A model generated the notes under the pieces. The model was not told where the DNA came from and did not search any database. It saw only the letters and a list, made by a program, of their open reading frames with translations. 64,000 nucleotides of DNA from Octopus vulgaris (Eukaryota), in NCBI GenBank assembly GCA_951406725.2, contig OX597825.1:3534001-3598000 (forward strand), given 5' to 3'. The position numbers and the translations under genes were made by a program. Below, one piece after another: positions 40,692-54,351 of this stretch (positions are counted from its first letter, which is position 1; each line of letters starts with the position of its first letter).

Positions 40692-40903
40692 GATTTGTGT
40701 GTCTGTGTTTGTTCCCCTAGCATAGCTTGACAACCGATGCTGGTGTCTTTACGTCCCCATCACTTAGCGGTTCGGGAAAAGAGACCGATAGAATAAGTAC
40801 TGGGCTTACAAATAGTAAGTCCCGTGGTCGATTTGCTCGACTACAGGCGGTGCTCCAGCATGGCCGCAGTCAAATGACTGAAACAAGTAAAAGAGTAAAA
40901 GAG
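40464..40903 (+). mobile_element. Full-length tRNA-derived SINE with expanded internal (TA)n
   Basis: A/B-box-like head, central domain, tail GGCGGTGCTCCAGCATGGCCGCAGTCAAATGACTGAAAC and (AGTAAAAG) terminal repeats. Confidence 0.88.
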
Positions 40904-42611
40904 TATCTGAAGTTACATTCTGAATGAAAGTGCACAATAGAGATCTCACTGTATAACATTTATTAAATAAGGATGCCATATCCTCATCGCAAACTATTTT
41001 GAATGGCAACCAAACATAGAAGGTAAGTCACGGGAAGAACAGCAATAAATTCGACAATAGTGTTCATTCTGCACTTTAGACCCAGGAAAAACCAGATCAA
41101 TTAGTGATATGGTGAAGCTTACCGCACCATTAATTGTTAGATTCATATCTGGTAACTACATATAAGTCTATACATGTGTTCTCTTAGTTGTGCAATATCC
41201 TAAAGTTAATTCGGTTCCTATTATTATGAGGAAACTAAAATATGAAACCCCCTTGTCACTGATTCGATAACTAATGTCGGTAAAATGAAAAATCCGAATC
41301 GAAAAAATAGTCATTTATGGATGGAATGATGTGAATTGAGCCGTGAGAAAATAGTAAATGGAAGGAATATAAAATGAGATATATGACTAAACATGTACCA
41401 GTCACATATACTAGCGCTAAATAATGGTTATCACTGGTTAAAGCGAGGTAAGTTATATTTCTTTTTGCATAAAATATATTTCCAGAAACATATTATTCTT
41501 CAAAAATATCCTTATTCCTTTCCGTATTTTTTCTCATCTCTGTGAATGTTACGAGGATACTGATACCTACGCGAAGTTCAATTTCCCACGTGTGTTTCCC
41601 ATTTTGTTTTGTAACATGGATTAAAATATAATTATCGCCGTATTCTAGAATAGAGACTTGTGTTTTTCTGGAGATGTGTATAATGCTTTAAGTTATATAG
41701 CTGTAACAGATTTGATATTATGAAAAATTACGCGAGCAAAAATTAATTTAATATCATATTGAGGACGAAATATTTGAACTGTAATAAACAGAATGGAAAA
41801 TGAGGAAATTCTCTACTCATAAAATGATTAATTTCTCGTCGGATATTATTTTTGTTCGATTGAAATTAATCTGAAATTATCCAAAGCGTTACGACGAACT
41901 GTCCAGTAAGTTTACTAATGAACCATTTATTAATAGCTTATAAGCGTTGTTGTGGTCAACGGTCGAAGGTCGTTCTGAAACGTTAGAGATGTCTAATATC
42001 CAATACAACCTACATCGTCTTTTACTATAGCTATCAATTACCGCGTAGAAATAAAGATTGTTTGCAGTATTACTCTTTATAGATATATTTAGCAGGAGGT
42101 GAACTTTCATAACTCGGTAAACGATGTGTAAGTTACTGTTGAGGATGTATATGAATAATTAAGTATCATTTACACCGCATGGAAGAAAGGCCTGAGGACT
42201 GACAGCAGGAGAGCAAAAGAATGATGTATGTGACGTAGATGAATTGTAATAAAATCGAAATCAATAAATACACTCATTATCTCCAGATCTTTTCATATTC
42301 CAAGATGAGTTACCCTAATCGAATTTTAACCGATATGTCAACGTTGACATAATAATAACAAAACAACATTAATAATTTTTGATATGATCTAGAGAAGTAT
42401 GACAATTATGTAATTAGTAGTAGATTGGTTTCTCAAGACGTCTCAAGGGCAGATTCTAGAAATAATTAATTCAACATTTGAGAGATTCAGAAGTAAACAG
42501 CTACAGTTATATAGTACTGTTATACCTCACTCAACATAAACTATATAATTGAAACCAATATGTATACATGTGTGTGTGGGCGCATATGTATATATATATA
42601 TATATACATAT

Positions 42612-42810
42612 AGGGAGAGTTTACGAAAAAAACAAAAGACGAAGACAGGTGGTGTACAAAACAAACGGATGTATTAGTATCACGCTCAGGAATAGAAAAA
42701 GTCTTTTACGTTTCGAGCCTACGCTCTTCTACAGAAAGGGTCACAGAAAAAATAAGGAGAGAAACAGGGAGAGGAAAAAATGTGTGTGGTGGCTAACGAT
42801 CTATCATGGC

Positions 42811-42812
<2 letters not shown>
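42612..42812 (-). mobile_element. Short element with hammerhead-like motif, flanked by (TA)n
   Basis: Reverse complement aligns with 48205-48428; motif CTTT-CTGTAGA-A-GAGC-gtag-GCTC-GAAACGTA-AAAG at 42703-42738. Confidence 0.7.
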
Positions 42813-42847
<35 letters not shown>

Positions 42848-43189
42848 CATGAGTAATTATAATACTATATATTCTCAATATCATGGTGCGGTTTCAGTCC
42901 GATTCTATAAAAACTTCAATAAATGACTCACTATTGACAAACGCCTTATGTGCAGGATATTGTGCGGGGAAGTATATATTTCTATGGTGAAGACATGAGT
43001 ACGTTCATACCTACAATTACAGGATCCCTCCAAGCAGTTGTCTCCCCATAATTTTACCCTTGTGATGTCCATCATAATCTCTCCGTATTAATTGCCTAAA
43101 TGTGTTTGATTGGCCTACGAATATTTAAACAGAATGATCGTCAAGCGACTGCAATTAACCGGATTTGTGAAACGTCGATTTCTTCCGAA

Positions 43190-43225
<36 letters not shown>

Positions 43226-43247
43226 TGTATGTATGTATGTATGTATG

Positions 43248-43310
<63 letters not shown>

Positions 43311-43499
43311 TGTGTATATTTGTGCGCGTGTATATGTGTGTGTATGTATATACACTTACTGGATTCAGCCGGAGGCCGTTGCCATGCTGAAGCATTGCTT
43401 TTCCATGTTCCATTTCTGATGACGTAGTGAATTTGTCGCGGTTGCTCTTCTTAGTACCTTGTGGCGTATTGTGAATTCCTCGGGTAAAAAAAAAACTTT

Positions 43500-43595
43500 C
43501 ACCGGATTTCCTTGGTCGAATGAGACTATAATAGAAGACACTTGCTCAAGATGCCAAGCAGTGTGACTGAACTGGGAAACATGTGGTTGGTACGC
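43500..43595 (-). mobile_element. 5' fragment of the 40464-type SINE
   Basis: tataatagaagacacttgctcaagatgcc...actgaact...acatgtggttgg is the reverse complement of the SINE head. Confidence 0.65.
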
Positions 43596-45350
43596 ACTTA
43601 AAATATTGAAGTTACGGATAAAATTTTAATATTAAAAATTGCTTGATTTTAATAGACAAAGTAACTTTAAAGGAACCATGTTTTTCTTAATATTGACACA
43701 CTTAAAGAATCAGGGCCAAAAGTACCAATATAGCTAAAGTTTTATTCAAAGTAGATAAGTATATCTGGTAGGCAAATCCATTGTGTAAAAAATAGGCATT
43801 GGGTCAAGGCTAAAAATGTAAAGACTTGGCAATAACTTAGGCAATACGTCAAACACATTTTACTGTGAATTTGTTGTTCTAGGTAGGATTTACTGTAATA
43901 TGAAACTAATTTTTTGTTTTATTCTATTTATTATACTAATACTAATTATACCACTATTATGTTTTATAACCTACGTTCAAATTTCTAATTTTTAATGAGT
44001 AATGTAAAAAATGAATTTTGTAAAAGTGCAAACATAATTTAACAGTTTTTTTTTAAATTTTGTTTTTAATAGAAGTAAAACGTAAGAACAAATAGAAGTA
44101 ATAACTTGTAATGAAAATTTTAGTTTTGATGAACGCTAATATTTTCTAGATCCAAACATTTTATTTTGAAATGTTATCTTTAACTGCAATATTTGAAGTA
44201 TTTTCTTTTCTGTACTTTACTAGATGTAACAGCTTCTTCTGAACGTTTACAAGTATAATCGCTTGCGCTGTAGTTTTAAATGTTTCTATTCTTAAAAACA
44301 TTATTTCTCTTATTCGCATTTTTCCCACAAAATTAGAGTATATAAATGTACTGTTTGGAATATTTAAGTCAAATACATAATCTTTATGTAAACGGGTCAT
44401 AGTGCATGTTAACTATTTTGCAAAATATATCAGAGACGTGATATTTGATGTAACGGTAATTGTGATGTATAACGCATATGCATGGCATATGTCATCTGAT
44501 ATTCACGCATACAAACACACACGCTCAGAGACACATATACACACACGTCTACCTATATATCCATCTATTTAACTAGCTCTCTCTCCCTGTATATATATAT
44601 ACAAACATACATACATACATACATGCATATTACATATTAAATATATATATATATCAGCTGCAGATTATTGAAATCACAGGACTAAGAAATAGATTTAGAA
44701 GTGATAATACAAAGAGTGCTTATATTGTTTTATTAAACTAGAATAAATATCCAAATAAGAAAGTAATACTGGAAGGAATTCACCTAGAAAAAACTCCAAA
44801 CAATATATAATGGCAATGTTGAAAACCGAAAAGAAATGCAAAAAGAAAAACCAATGAGAGAGGAACCTACTTAAACAGTGGATATAAAGCAGGAAACAGT
44901 GATTATCAAACTCTCAATAATCGCTTAAGCAAAACCCGGTGAATCAAAACTAAAACAATATAAAACACCCATAATAGACTTCCTTATCTAATTTTTTTTC
45001 AACACACATTTATTCCTATGAATATAGAAAAATCCTCTTTCAGATTTAGAATTTAGCAGTTTTCTTCTAGAAACTATAATCAAAAATAATTCCTCAGAAC
45101 AAATGCAACAGAAACTATGACGAATCTCATAAGCCGAGACTATCCCTAAAATGTTCTATTCAATTAAAAAAGTTGTACTATTATCTTTAAGATGCCAGAT
45201 AACATTCCTAAGACTAGTAGAAGAAGCCCTATTTCTGTTCCTAAAGGAATGGTAATGATTAAAAACCCTTTTCTTTATACAACGAGCGGAAGAACATTAT
45301 AAAGTAATCATTACTATCAGAAATGACTTTAACTATGTAAACTACTTCAC

Positions 45351-47872
45351 TTTGTTTGGCATCCTTTCTGTCTCGGCAGACAATGGAGTTGCGCATTTTT
45401 TTTTTCTAGGTCTAGTCCGGCTGTTATATTTTATTTCCTGTTACATTTCTTGCTGTGGCTGTGTAGTCCTATCCTGGACAAACACTCCCTCTGGCAGGTA
45501 CTGCAAATGTAGCGAAGACTGTTCCTGGCTGGTTGTAGTGCCATGGTCTCTTGTTTATGTCTCTTCCTTTCTTTCCATTTCTCCTCTCTCTTTCTGTCAC
45601 TCCTCTGTATACCCTCTTTTACTGTACGTCGCCATTCTCCACGGTTGCCGGCGACTGCCTCCCAACCGCTAATGTTGATGTTGCAGGCCTTCATATCCCT
45701 TTTGCAAACATCCTTGTAACGTAAGATCGGTCTACCCACAGACCTAGTACCCCTAGCAAGCTCTCCGTAGAGTATGTCCTTGGGGATTCTGCCATCTTTC
45801 ATACGGCTAACATGCCCAAGCCATCTCATACGTCTTTGTGTGAGGAGTGCAAACATGCTTGGTATTCCTGCTTTCCTGAGGACATCTTTGTTGGGGATAT
45901 GATTCTGCCATTTGATGTGGAGGATTTTTCGGAGGCAGCGCAGGTGAAAGATGTTTAGGCGACGCTCTTGGCGTGTGTATAGCGTCCAGGTCTCGCTTCC
46001 ATACAGTAGAGTGCTGAGTACACATGCCTGGTAGATCTTCATTTTTGTGGTCTTGGTCAGCTTGTTGTCCCAAGCCCGTTTGGAGAGTTGGGCCATCGCA
46101 GCAGCTGCCTTGCCAATGCGTATATTGAGCTCAGCGTCAAGGGATAGGTTGTAGGTGACGGTAGAGCCCAGATAGGTAAACTTCTCCACCTCTTGTAATC
46201 TGTGGTCTCCAATATGTATGTTTGGGATGTCCGATGTAGCCTGGCCCATGATGTTGGTCTTCTTAAGGCTGATAGCTAAGCCAAAGTCGTTACATGCTTG
46301 CTCAAAACAGTTAATGAGCCTTTGGAGGGCTTCTTCTGTGTGTGTTACCAGAGCGGCATCATCAGCAAATAACATCTCCTTGATCAGGACGTTTCTGATT
46401 TTGGTCTTGGCACGCAGGCGCGAGAGATTGAACAGTTTCCCGTCACTTCTACTGTGCAGAAACACTCCATCATCTGATGTCTGAAAGGCATGTGACAGCA
46501 AGAGTGAGAAGAAGATGCCAAACAATGTAGGAGCGAGGACACAGCCTTGCTTTACCCCGTTTTTATTTGGAAGGCGGCTGATGTTGAACCGTTGTGCTGT
46601 ATGGTGCCTTGCATGTCATCATGGAAAGACTTGATGATCCTCAGCAGCTTTGGTGGACATCCGATTTTTTGGAGCAGGAGGAAGAGACCTGTTCTGCTTA
46701 CCGAGTCAAAAGCCTTTGTTAGATCAATGAAGGCCATATATAATGGCATTTTCTGCTCTCTGGACTTCTCCTGAAGTTGGCGTATGGAGAATATCATATC
46801 GATAGTTGATCTGCTTCTTCTAAAGCCACACTGCGATTCCGGATAGATTCGAGAAGCAAGTAGTTGTAGCCTGGCCAGGATAACGCGGGCAAAGGTCTTT
46901 CCAACAGTGCTTAGAAGGGATATACCACGGTAATTGTTACAATCACCACGGTCACCTTTGTTTTTGTAGAGCGTAATGATGTTGGCATCCCGCATATCCT
47001 GAGGGACTGTACCCTCTTCCCAGCACTGACACAGAAGCTCATGAAGGTGCCGAAGCAGGATGGTGTTTTTGCCGGCTTTGATGATCTCTGAGGGGATGCC
47101 GTCTTTTCCCGGAGTCTTATTTCTTGCTAGGGAGTCAACAGCCTTGGTGAGCTCTGCTATATATGGCGGACTGTCAAGTTCGCACATGACTGGCAAGATC
47201 TTGACACTCTCGACTGCAGCCTCAGCCACTGTAGTCTCCCGTGAGTAGAGATCCTGGTAGTGCTCCACCCATCTATCCATTTGCTTGCCTTGATCCCTGA
47301 TGAGATCTCCAGTAGTTGATTTCAGAGGGGCTGACTTGGTTGCGGATGGACCGAGGGCCTCTTCAAACCAGCATACATCCCACGGGTGTCGCCCCTGTCA
47401 GCAGCTGACTGGATACTCTGACAGATTTCCTGCCAATACCTATTTGCACAGCATCTGGCTGTCAGTTGGGTTTTATTTCGTGCCTTTCTGAGTTCCTCGA
47501 GTGACTTTGTAGAAGAGTCACTCTTGTATTGCACCAGAGCTGCACGCTTTGCTTCGATAACTGGCTCCAGCTCTGAGAGCCCAGCATTGAACCAATCTGG
47601 GTTTTGCCTTTCTCTCATGCCGAAAGTATCCAATGATGTCGTATACAAGGCTTCCCTGATATAGTCCCACCTACTTTCAGCAGAGGAGGTTGGGCAGCTA
47701 CTGAGGGCAACCGTGATAGAAGCAGCAAAACATTTTCGCAGTGTAGGGTCCGAGGTTCTGGCGGTGTTGATGCGTGGTCGGCCCACTTTCTTGGAGCGAT
47801 GGACTTTTTTAGGGAGAATCCTCACCCTGCTTCTAATTAGTGCGTGGTCTGTGTCACAATCCGCACTGTGGT
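45351..47872 (-). mobile_element. RTE-clade LINE, 5'-truncated, young, with 11-bp TSD
   Basis: End of APE domain (SADCDTDH), RT motifs (NNYRGISLL, QCGFR, FIDLTKAFD, VKQGCVLAP, LFADD, FTYLGS), C-terminal C2H2-like finger, short 3' UTR; TSD AACTACTTCAC at 45340-45350 and 47873-47883. Confidence 0.96.
45431..47872 (-). pseudogene. RTE reverse transcriptase ORF split by two single-base deletions
   Basis: ORFs 47322-47825, 46552-47280 and 45431-46525 join if one base is restored near 47360 (GLK[K]ALGPS) and one near 46560 (IK[N]GVKQG). Confidence 0.92.
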
Positions 47873-48204
47873 AACTACTTCACAAAGTTGGCGAATAAAC
47901 AATTGTCTATGTTTCTACAATCACAAGGCCGTCAACAACTGAATTATTTTAAAGCAAAACACTATCACTCTCATTATTAAAACTGATATTAGAATCCAAA
48001 CCATCACTGCCACCCTGTCTATTGGGGGAAATCAATAACATTGGCAACCCTGGAATTCATCTCGCTAACATTAACCGAGAGATCACGAATATGAAAACCA
48101 GATAGCCAACGGTGGTTGTCAAACTTTGCCGAGCTGCTTTACTCTGCGGACTTTAGCTTCGTTACTCTGGCAACAGTCCGCATACTTATTGATCAGACCT
48201 CGTA

Positions 48205-48594
<390 letters not shown>

Positions 48595-51500
48595 TCGCCT
48601 AGCAATAGTACAAATCCACAGTCATATAATATATAGCTACCAATGCAAATGTTTTTTACGGTGTTTTTCTTTTTTTCCTGTTTAACTTTGTATTGCAAAT
48701 ATCTCGGTGTGCAAGGCTAGCTCTTAATTTTGAACATTTTGTACGGAAATCAGAATGGCGAAGTCAAGGAAATTATTTGCAATTTGCCGAAATTATTCGC
48801 AGTGCTTTACTTGTAGCGTGATCAAAAAGTAATGGCTCTAGTCTCATATAGGCAGGTCAGAGTTTTCGTTTGTTGTCGAAGTACACGTCGTATTTCATAA
48901 GATCGTTATTTATAGTTGTCATGACAAGTCGGAATTTGAAGTGGACTTATATTACGAATACATTCTCTCTTACCACTGCGTAGTGGCTTCCTTTTGGCCA
49001 TGTCATTAATTCTTATTTTCTTTTACTGTCGTTTTAAGTATCACCGCAGGCATCAATGTTATTATTCGAGTCGGTTTTTATCACGAAAGGTCACACACGT
49101 GAAAGAACGTGCTTGGTTCTCGCTAGAGATTTGTAACAACCATGTTAACTCTAACTTCATACACATCGGAATGAAATTGATTGCCTTCATCTTATATTTC
49201 TCCAACTTGAGCTTTATTTGATTTTCTCTGTTCTCGATTACTGCTCGTAGCATAAAATGCTTGCGGCCGCGAATATTTTCGTAGTATTCAACTACAAAAG
49301 TTATCAACTTTGATTGGATCTGGTTTTCAGTCGATCAGGTAATCTAGAAGTGAGTGATTGCCAAATAAAATAAGGTCGGTACCCTAAACTTATAGGGTAT
49401 CTGATAGGATATCTGTTATATGCATCATCAATAAAAATAATAATTATATTGGATCAGGAAAACGGTCTTGTATGCATTGGTGTACGATATATCAAAACTA
49501 TGTTCACTGATTCATATATCATTAAATAATGTGAAAGGATAAATTCATGACTGCCGTATGTTTTACAAATATTAACCTCGTATTAAACTCAGGTTATATG
49601 TCAGTAAAGTACGTCTATAGCAGGATATTATTTTGTATACAGCCATCAGAAAAATCTACAATGTAACATAATAAATATTATAGTGTTTGTTGCAAATATG
49701 AAATAGATAAAGCATAGATATTCTTCTGCCAATATGCGTAAGGTTTTCTCTGATGTTTATTATTTCATGCTTGATAATTATAAATGTGTGATTGAACCAA
49801 ACAGATTACAGAGGGACTAATATTATTGTGCGATTATGACTACTGAATTGCTTCCGAAGTTTTGCAGATTTTGAAAACATCAACTATATGGTTTTCAATC
49901 GAACACACTGGGCGACGATTTCAGGACATGGAACAAAAGTATTCTCAGCATTCTTATGTTGTTATGGGAGTAGTTTGTGAAATTATATACTTTGAAACCT
50001 TGGGAAAGGCAGTCGATTTTTTTTTTCTTATTCTCGGAGTTAATATTCTTTGGGTGTTCATGGATTTATAAGAATTATTTGTCAATGCTCTTCAACAGTT
50101 GGATTTTATCCCTTTTCACACAAACAAGACGACATCTAAAACGATAAAAATCAGCACCGCAGCTTATATTATTTTATAAAAATAAATAATATTCCTTATC
50201 ATTTCTTGCATTTATGTAATTATTACACACACTTACACATACTTATGTGTCAACATCTGTTTGTATTTGTGTGTGTATGTGTGTGTGTGTGTGTGTGTGT
50301 GCGTGTGTGTGGGTGTGCACGTCAACACAATAGCATCTTTGATATAGAAAATGAAATTATCAATGATAGGAAATGAATTTTAGACATCCATCGACTTCTA
50401 ACCCATTTGACTGGGATGTTAATATTATGTTTTTGCAATACTTCGAGAAAAGATTTTCACCTGTCCATGTTTTCGTGTGTGTCTATATGAATACATTCAC
50501 GTACACACATATACACACGGACACATACACACGAACAAAGATACACGCTTGTGCACACATCAATATGCGTAATACGGATATCTTTCATGTTTAGACTACC
50601 AAATCCCAAGGTCATGCCGGATCTGTTTGGAGAAAGTAGATGAAAACAAGTGAACTATTCGAAGTCCCAATGTGTTCATATACAAGCGCAAATACGCTCG
50701 ACTTGGTCAGTTTACACTCATTGAACTAAATTCGAAATTTTACATTTTATAGCGTCGGAATGTATTGGAGCGACGCTTTGGGAGACTTACACAAGTTTCA
50801 TGACAATTCTATGAATTTCCTTCGAAAATAGTTAATTGCTGCCCTCACATCTTAAAGACTTAAAATCTCAATTGACTCTACTCTATCTCGGACCGATGTA
50901 TTAGGTGTCTCCTTTGTCTTCTCAACTAATTCCTATAAGTCCATTCACATGCTCAAAGACAATCTCAACTATATTAATAATCACTTCTGTCTCCCACCAA
51001 TTGCATTTCCAAACTTAATAACCCCAAACAATAGCAGAAGGATTATATCGCTTTCTTCTTCTAAAGAAATATTTAAAACGGATTCTCGTCATTATCATTA
51101 TGTTCAACATGTTAGCGGTTAGAGCGTTTAAATCTTTTATAACACCACCTCCCCAATAATTTGCTGTAAGTATAGGTCTTGTGTAGGACCTCCTTTGTTT
51201 TCTTAAATGTTAGAACAAATAAAGGTACAACATTTCTAGCAGCCATAGATACAGAAAGATATTTAATTGACGCACGATTTTTTTTGTTCCCTGATTTAAT
51301 GTAAAGACATATAAAAATGAACAACCAACAACTCAGACATAACCTGGATGCATAGGAAGAGATAAATCCAAATATCTTTTTCGGCAGGCATGCTATATAT
51401 CCTCGGCAAACTAAAGCAACGTTCGAACAGAAAGCGTAGCTTAAACTGAATCAGTGGAAAGAAAATTTAAATCCAGATACACCAACATTCTTTGAACTTT

Positions 51501-52289
51501 AAGACACCGCAAGGAGTGACATACAACGATGCTCCCTGGAACCTTGAAGAAGAAAACATTAACAGTGACATCTAATGGAAAAAAAAAATTCCAAGATCAA
51601 ACCCTGTGTTAAAAGGCCAAAAACTTGTTCGATGTGTTCACTCGAAAAGCAACTTTAGAACCTCTAACTACTGTGTAAGTTCTAGTAACAAGAATTTATT
51701 TAATCACCACATTTAAAAAACAAATGCATCTGAGCGGAAATTATATATATACCACGTGGCACATCGTAAAGCATTCCGATCTCGTTTACGTAATTTGATA
51801 TGCGTGATATTTGTTGTAATGTAGATTATCTCCCTTGTGTTTCTCTGTTTATATTTCCTTCTTCTCTCTTTTTCTACATGAGACTTCCCATTCAAACATC
51901 AGCTGTTTCGAACACCGCTGACAAATAGTCATCTTTTTATTAGCCTGAAGAATTGCGAAATCGTTTAATATTTCAGCCAGGAGATGCACAACACTATATC
52001 AATAAGCAACACAATATATTACATTATTGTAATCCGATATGCATTATAAAAGTAACTTTAATCTTTGAACTGATAAAGTACTATTCTTCTTGCATACTTG
52101 TTGAAAGCCTACCACAGAAAGAAAATCTATATACACATATATACATATGCAGTTTGTCCCTGGTATATTAACACGTTTAAAACTATTCCAAAAGAAAATC
52201 GGTTCAGGAAATATTATTTACGTTTTTTAATGAAGATGTGCTTGTCTTTTATTCGTGTGTGGATTGTTTCGTTCGTCTACAACAGGTGT

Positions 52290-52589
52290 GTAAACAAACA
52301 TGGCGTCGAAAACAAAACGTGAGCGGGTTGTCACTATAAAAACAGCTGGTGTTAGTAACAAAGACATAACGAAACAGTCGAATGTGTGCCGTAAAATAGG
52401 GATCAACACCTGGAGACGATATGTTACCTTTTATCTGATGACATCTTAAAATAAACAGCAATTTTAGCAAAGCATATTTAGCAAAATTAATAATAAATCC
52501 GAAAACATAAAAAAAGAAACTTGTGACTCTTTTATAGTTGTTTGATGCTATGATGCTATGTGTTTCCATTATCTTGTCCAACCCCTGTA
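52290..52589 (+). mobile_element. Internally deleted Tc1/mariner-superfamily element
   Basis: HTH-like N-terminus MASKTKRERVVTIKTAGVSNKDITKQSNVCRK followed by terminal TGTTTCCATTATCTTGTCCAACCCCTG/TA (Tc1-type TIR plus TA target). Left TIR not recognised. Confidence 0.55.
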
Positions 52590-52597
52590 TATATACA

Positions 52598-52663
<66 letters not shown>

Positions 52664-52675
52664 CATATCCTTTAT

Positions 52676-52730
<55 letters not shown>

Positions 52731-52731
<1 letters not shown>

Positions 52732-52950
52732 TTCTTTACTGCCCATAAAGGGCTAAACATAGAGGGGACAAACAAGGACAGACAAACGGATTAAGTCGAT
52801 TACATCGACCCCAGTGCGTAACTGGTACTGTATTTATCGACCCCGAAAGGATGAAAGGCAAAGTCGACCTCGGCGGAATTTGAACTCAGAACGTAACGGC
52901 GGACGAAATACTGCTACGCATTTCACCCGGCGTGCTAACGTTTCAGCCAG

Positions 52951-52953
<3 letters not shown>
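52731..52953 (-). mobile_element. OR-like tRNA-derived SINE inserted in (TA)n
   Basis: Head GAGCTGGCTGAAACGTTAGCAC...GAGTTCAAATTCC; closely similar to 4304-4500 and 28424-28657. Confidence 0.9.
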
Positions 52954-52995
<42 letters not shown>

Positions 52996-53269
52996 TTTCT
53001 TTTATCCATTAGTACCAGTGTGCATAGATCATTTATGTGTATGTTACCAATTAAAATATCTCAGAAAGTATTGTGTGAAAGTAGAGATTGCTTCAGAAAG
53101 CTTAATCTTCCGTTGCGATTTTCACTTGACGTTTCTATGACGAGAATGTGCCAACAACGTTATGCAGATACGCATGCATTTATAATTTCATTATGTAAAA
53201 TATGTATTCTATATTTTCTTGACGCTATTTTTGTTGCTGAAGAAAAATTTACAACATTGGCATTTAAAA

Positions 53270-53410
53270 TTCTTCTTCTTCTTCTTCTTCTTCTTCTTCT
53301 TCTTCTTCTTCTTCTTCTTCTTCTTCTTCTTCTTCTTCTTCTTCTTCTTCTTCTTCTTCTTCTTCTTTTTCTTCTTCTTTTCTATTTCTTTCGTTTCTTT
53401 TTCGTCTTGT

Positions 53411-53446
<36 letters not shown>

Positions 53447-53474
53447 CACTACTACTACTACCACTACTACTACT

Positions 53475-53547
<73 letters not shown>

Positions 53548-53590
53548 TCACCACAGCTGCTCACTGCCACTGCTCCTGCTGCTGCTGCAT
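53270..53590. repeat. Compound (TTC)n-(CTA/CCA)n-(CTG)n microsatellite
   Basis: Directly visible; accounts for the poly-L/F/Y/E/V/S ORFs. Confidence 0.95.
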
Positions 53591-53809
53591 CTTCATACTT
53601 TTATTGTGGTATATTATTAGTATCATTATTCATGGTAATATCAATACTTAAGGAATTGCCTGTCATCTTCGGTTCTATTTCTAATATCTATTTATGTATT
53701 TATTTATTTAATAAACACAACCACTAAACTTTTTTTACAGTATTTCCTGACATATTTGATGAGTCCATTTAATAAAGTCAGTGTTATCTAGTTATATATA
53801 AAGAAATCG

Positions 53810-53843
<34 letters not shown>

Positions 53844-53904
53844 TTAAATAAATGTGTGTGTATGAGTGTGATACACACAAATGCATACACACACATATCT
53901 ATCC

Positions 53905-53986
<82 letters not shown>

Positions 53987-54261
53987 ACATAAACAATGCT
54001 ATCGATATCTATCTGGTAAGATTTTGACATATGCAAATTTAATCCTCCTGACAAAGATTTTCTTTTCTTATTATCATATATCTCATTTGATTTACAATGT
54101 CACCCTCACTCAGAGAACATAATTTTAACTATCGCATATTTCTCAATACATTCTAAATATGAAGCGGCCATCTCATCTCACATTTCGTTGCATTGATCTG
54201 GTGGTCTTTGTTCACTGTCTGTCTACCTCTACCTCTCTCCCCCTCTCTCTCTCTCTCTGTT

Positions 54262-54351
<90 letters not shown>

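Noticed and set aside
45352-47491. Plus-strand ORFs overlapping the RTE
   Set aside because: Antisense shadows of the RT coding frame.
48815-49300. Possible mariner N-terminal remnant, with similar hints at 12370-12800 and 38305-38700
   Set aside because: Only TIR-like words and a few residues match; too weak to call.
53020-53727. 235-aa poly-Leu ORF and overlapping poly-F/Y/E/V/S ORFs
   Set aside because: Produced by adjacent (TTC)n and (CTA)n repeats.
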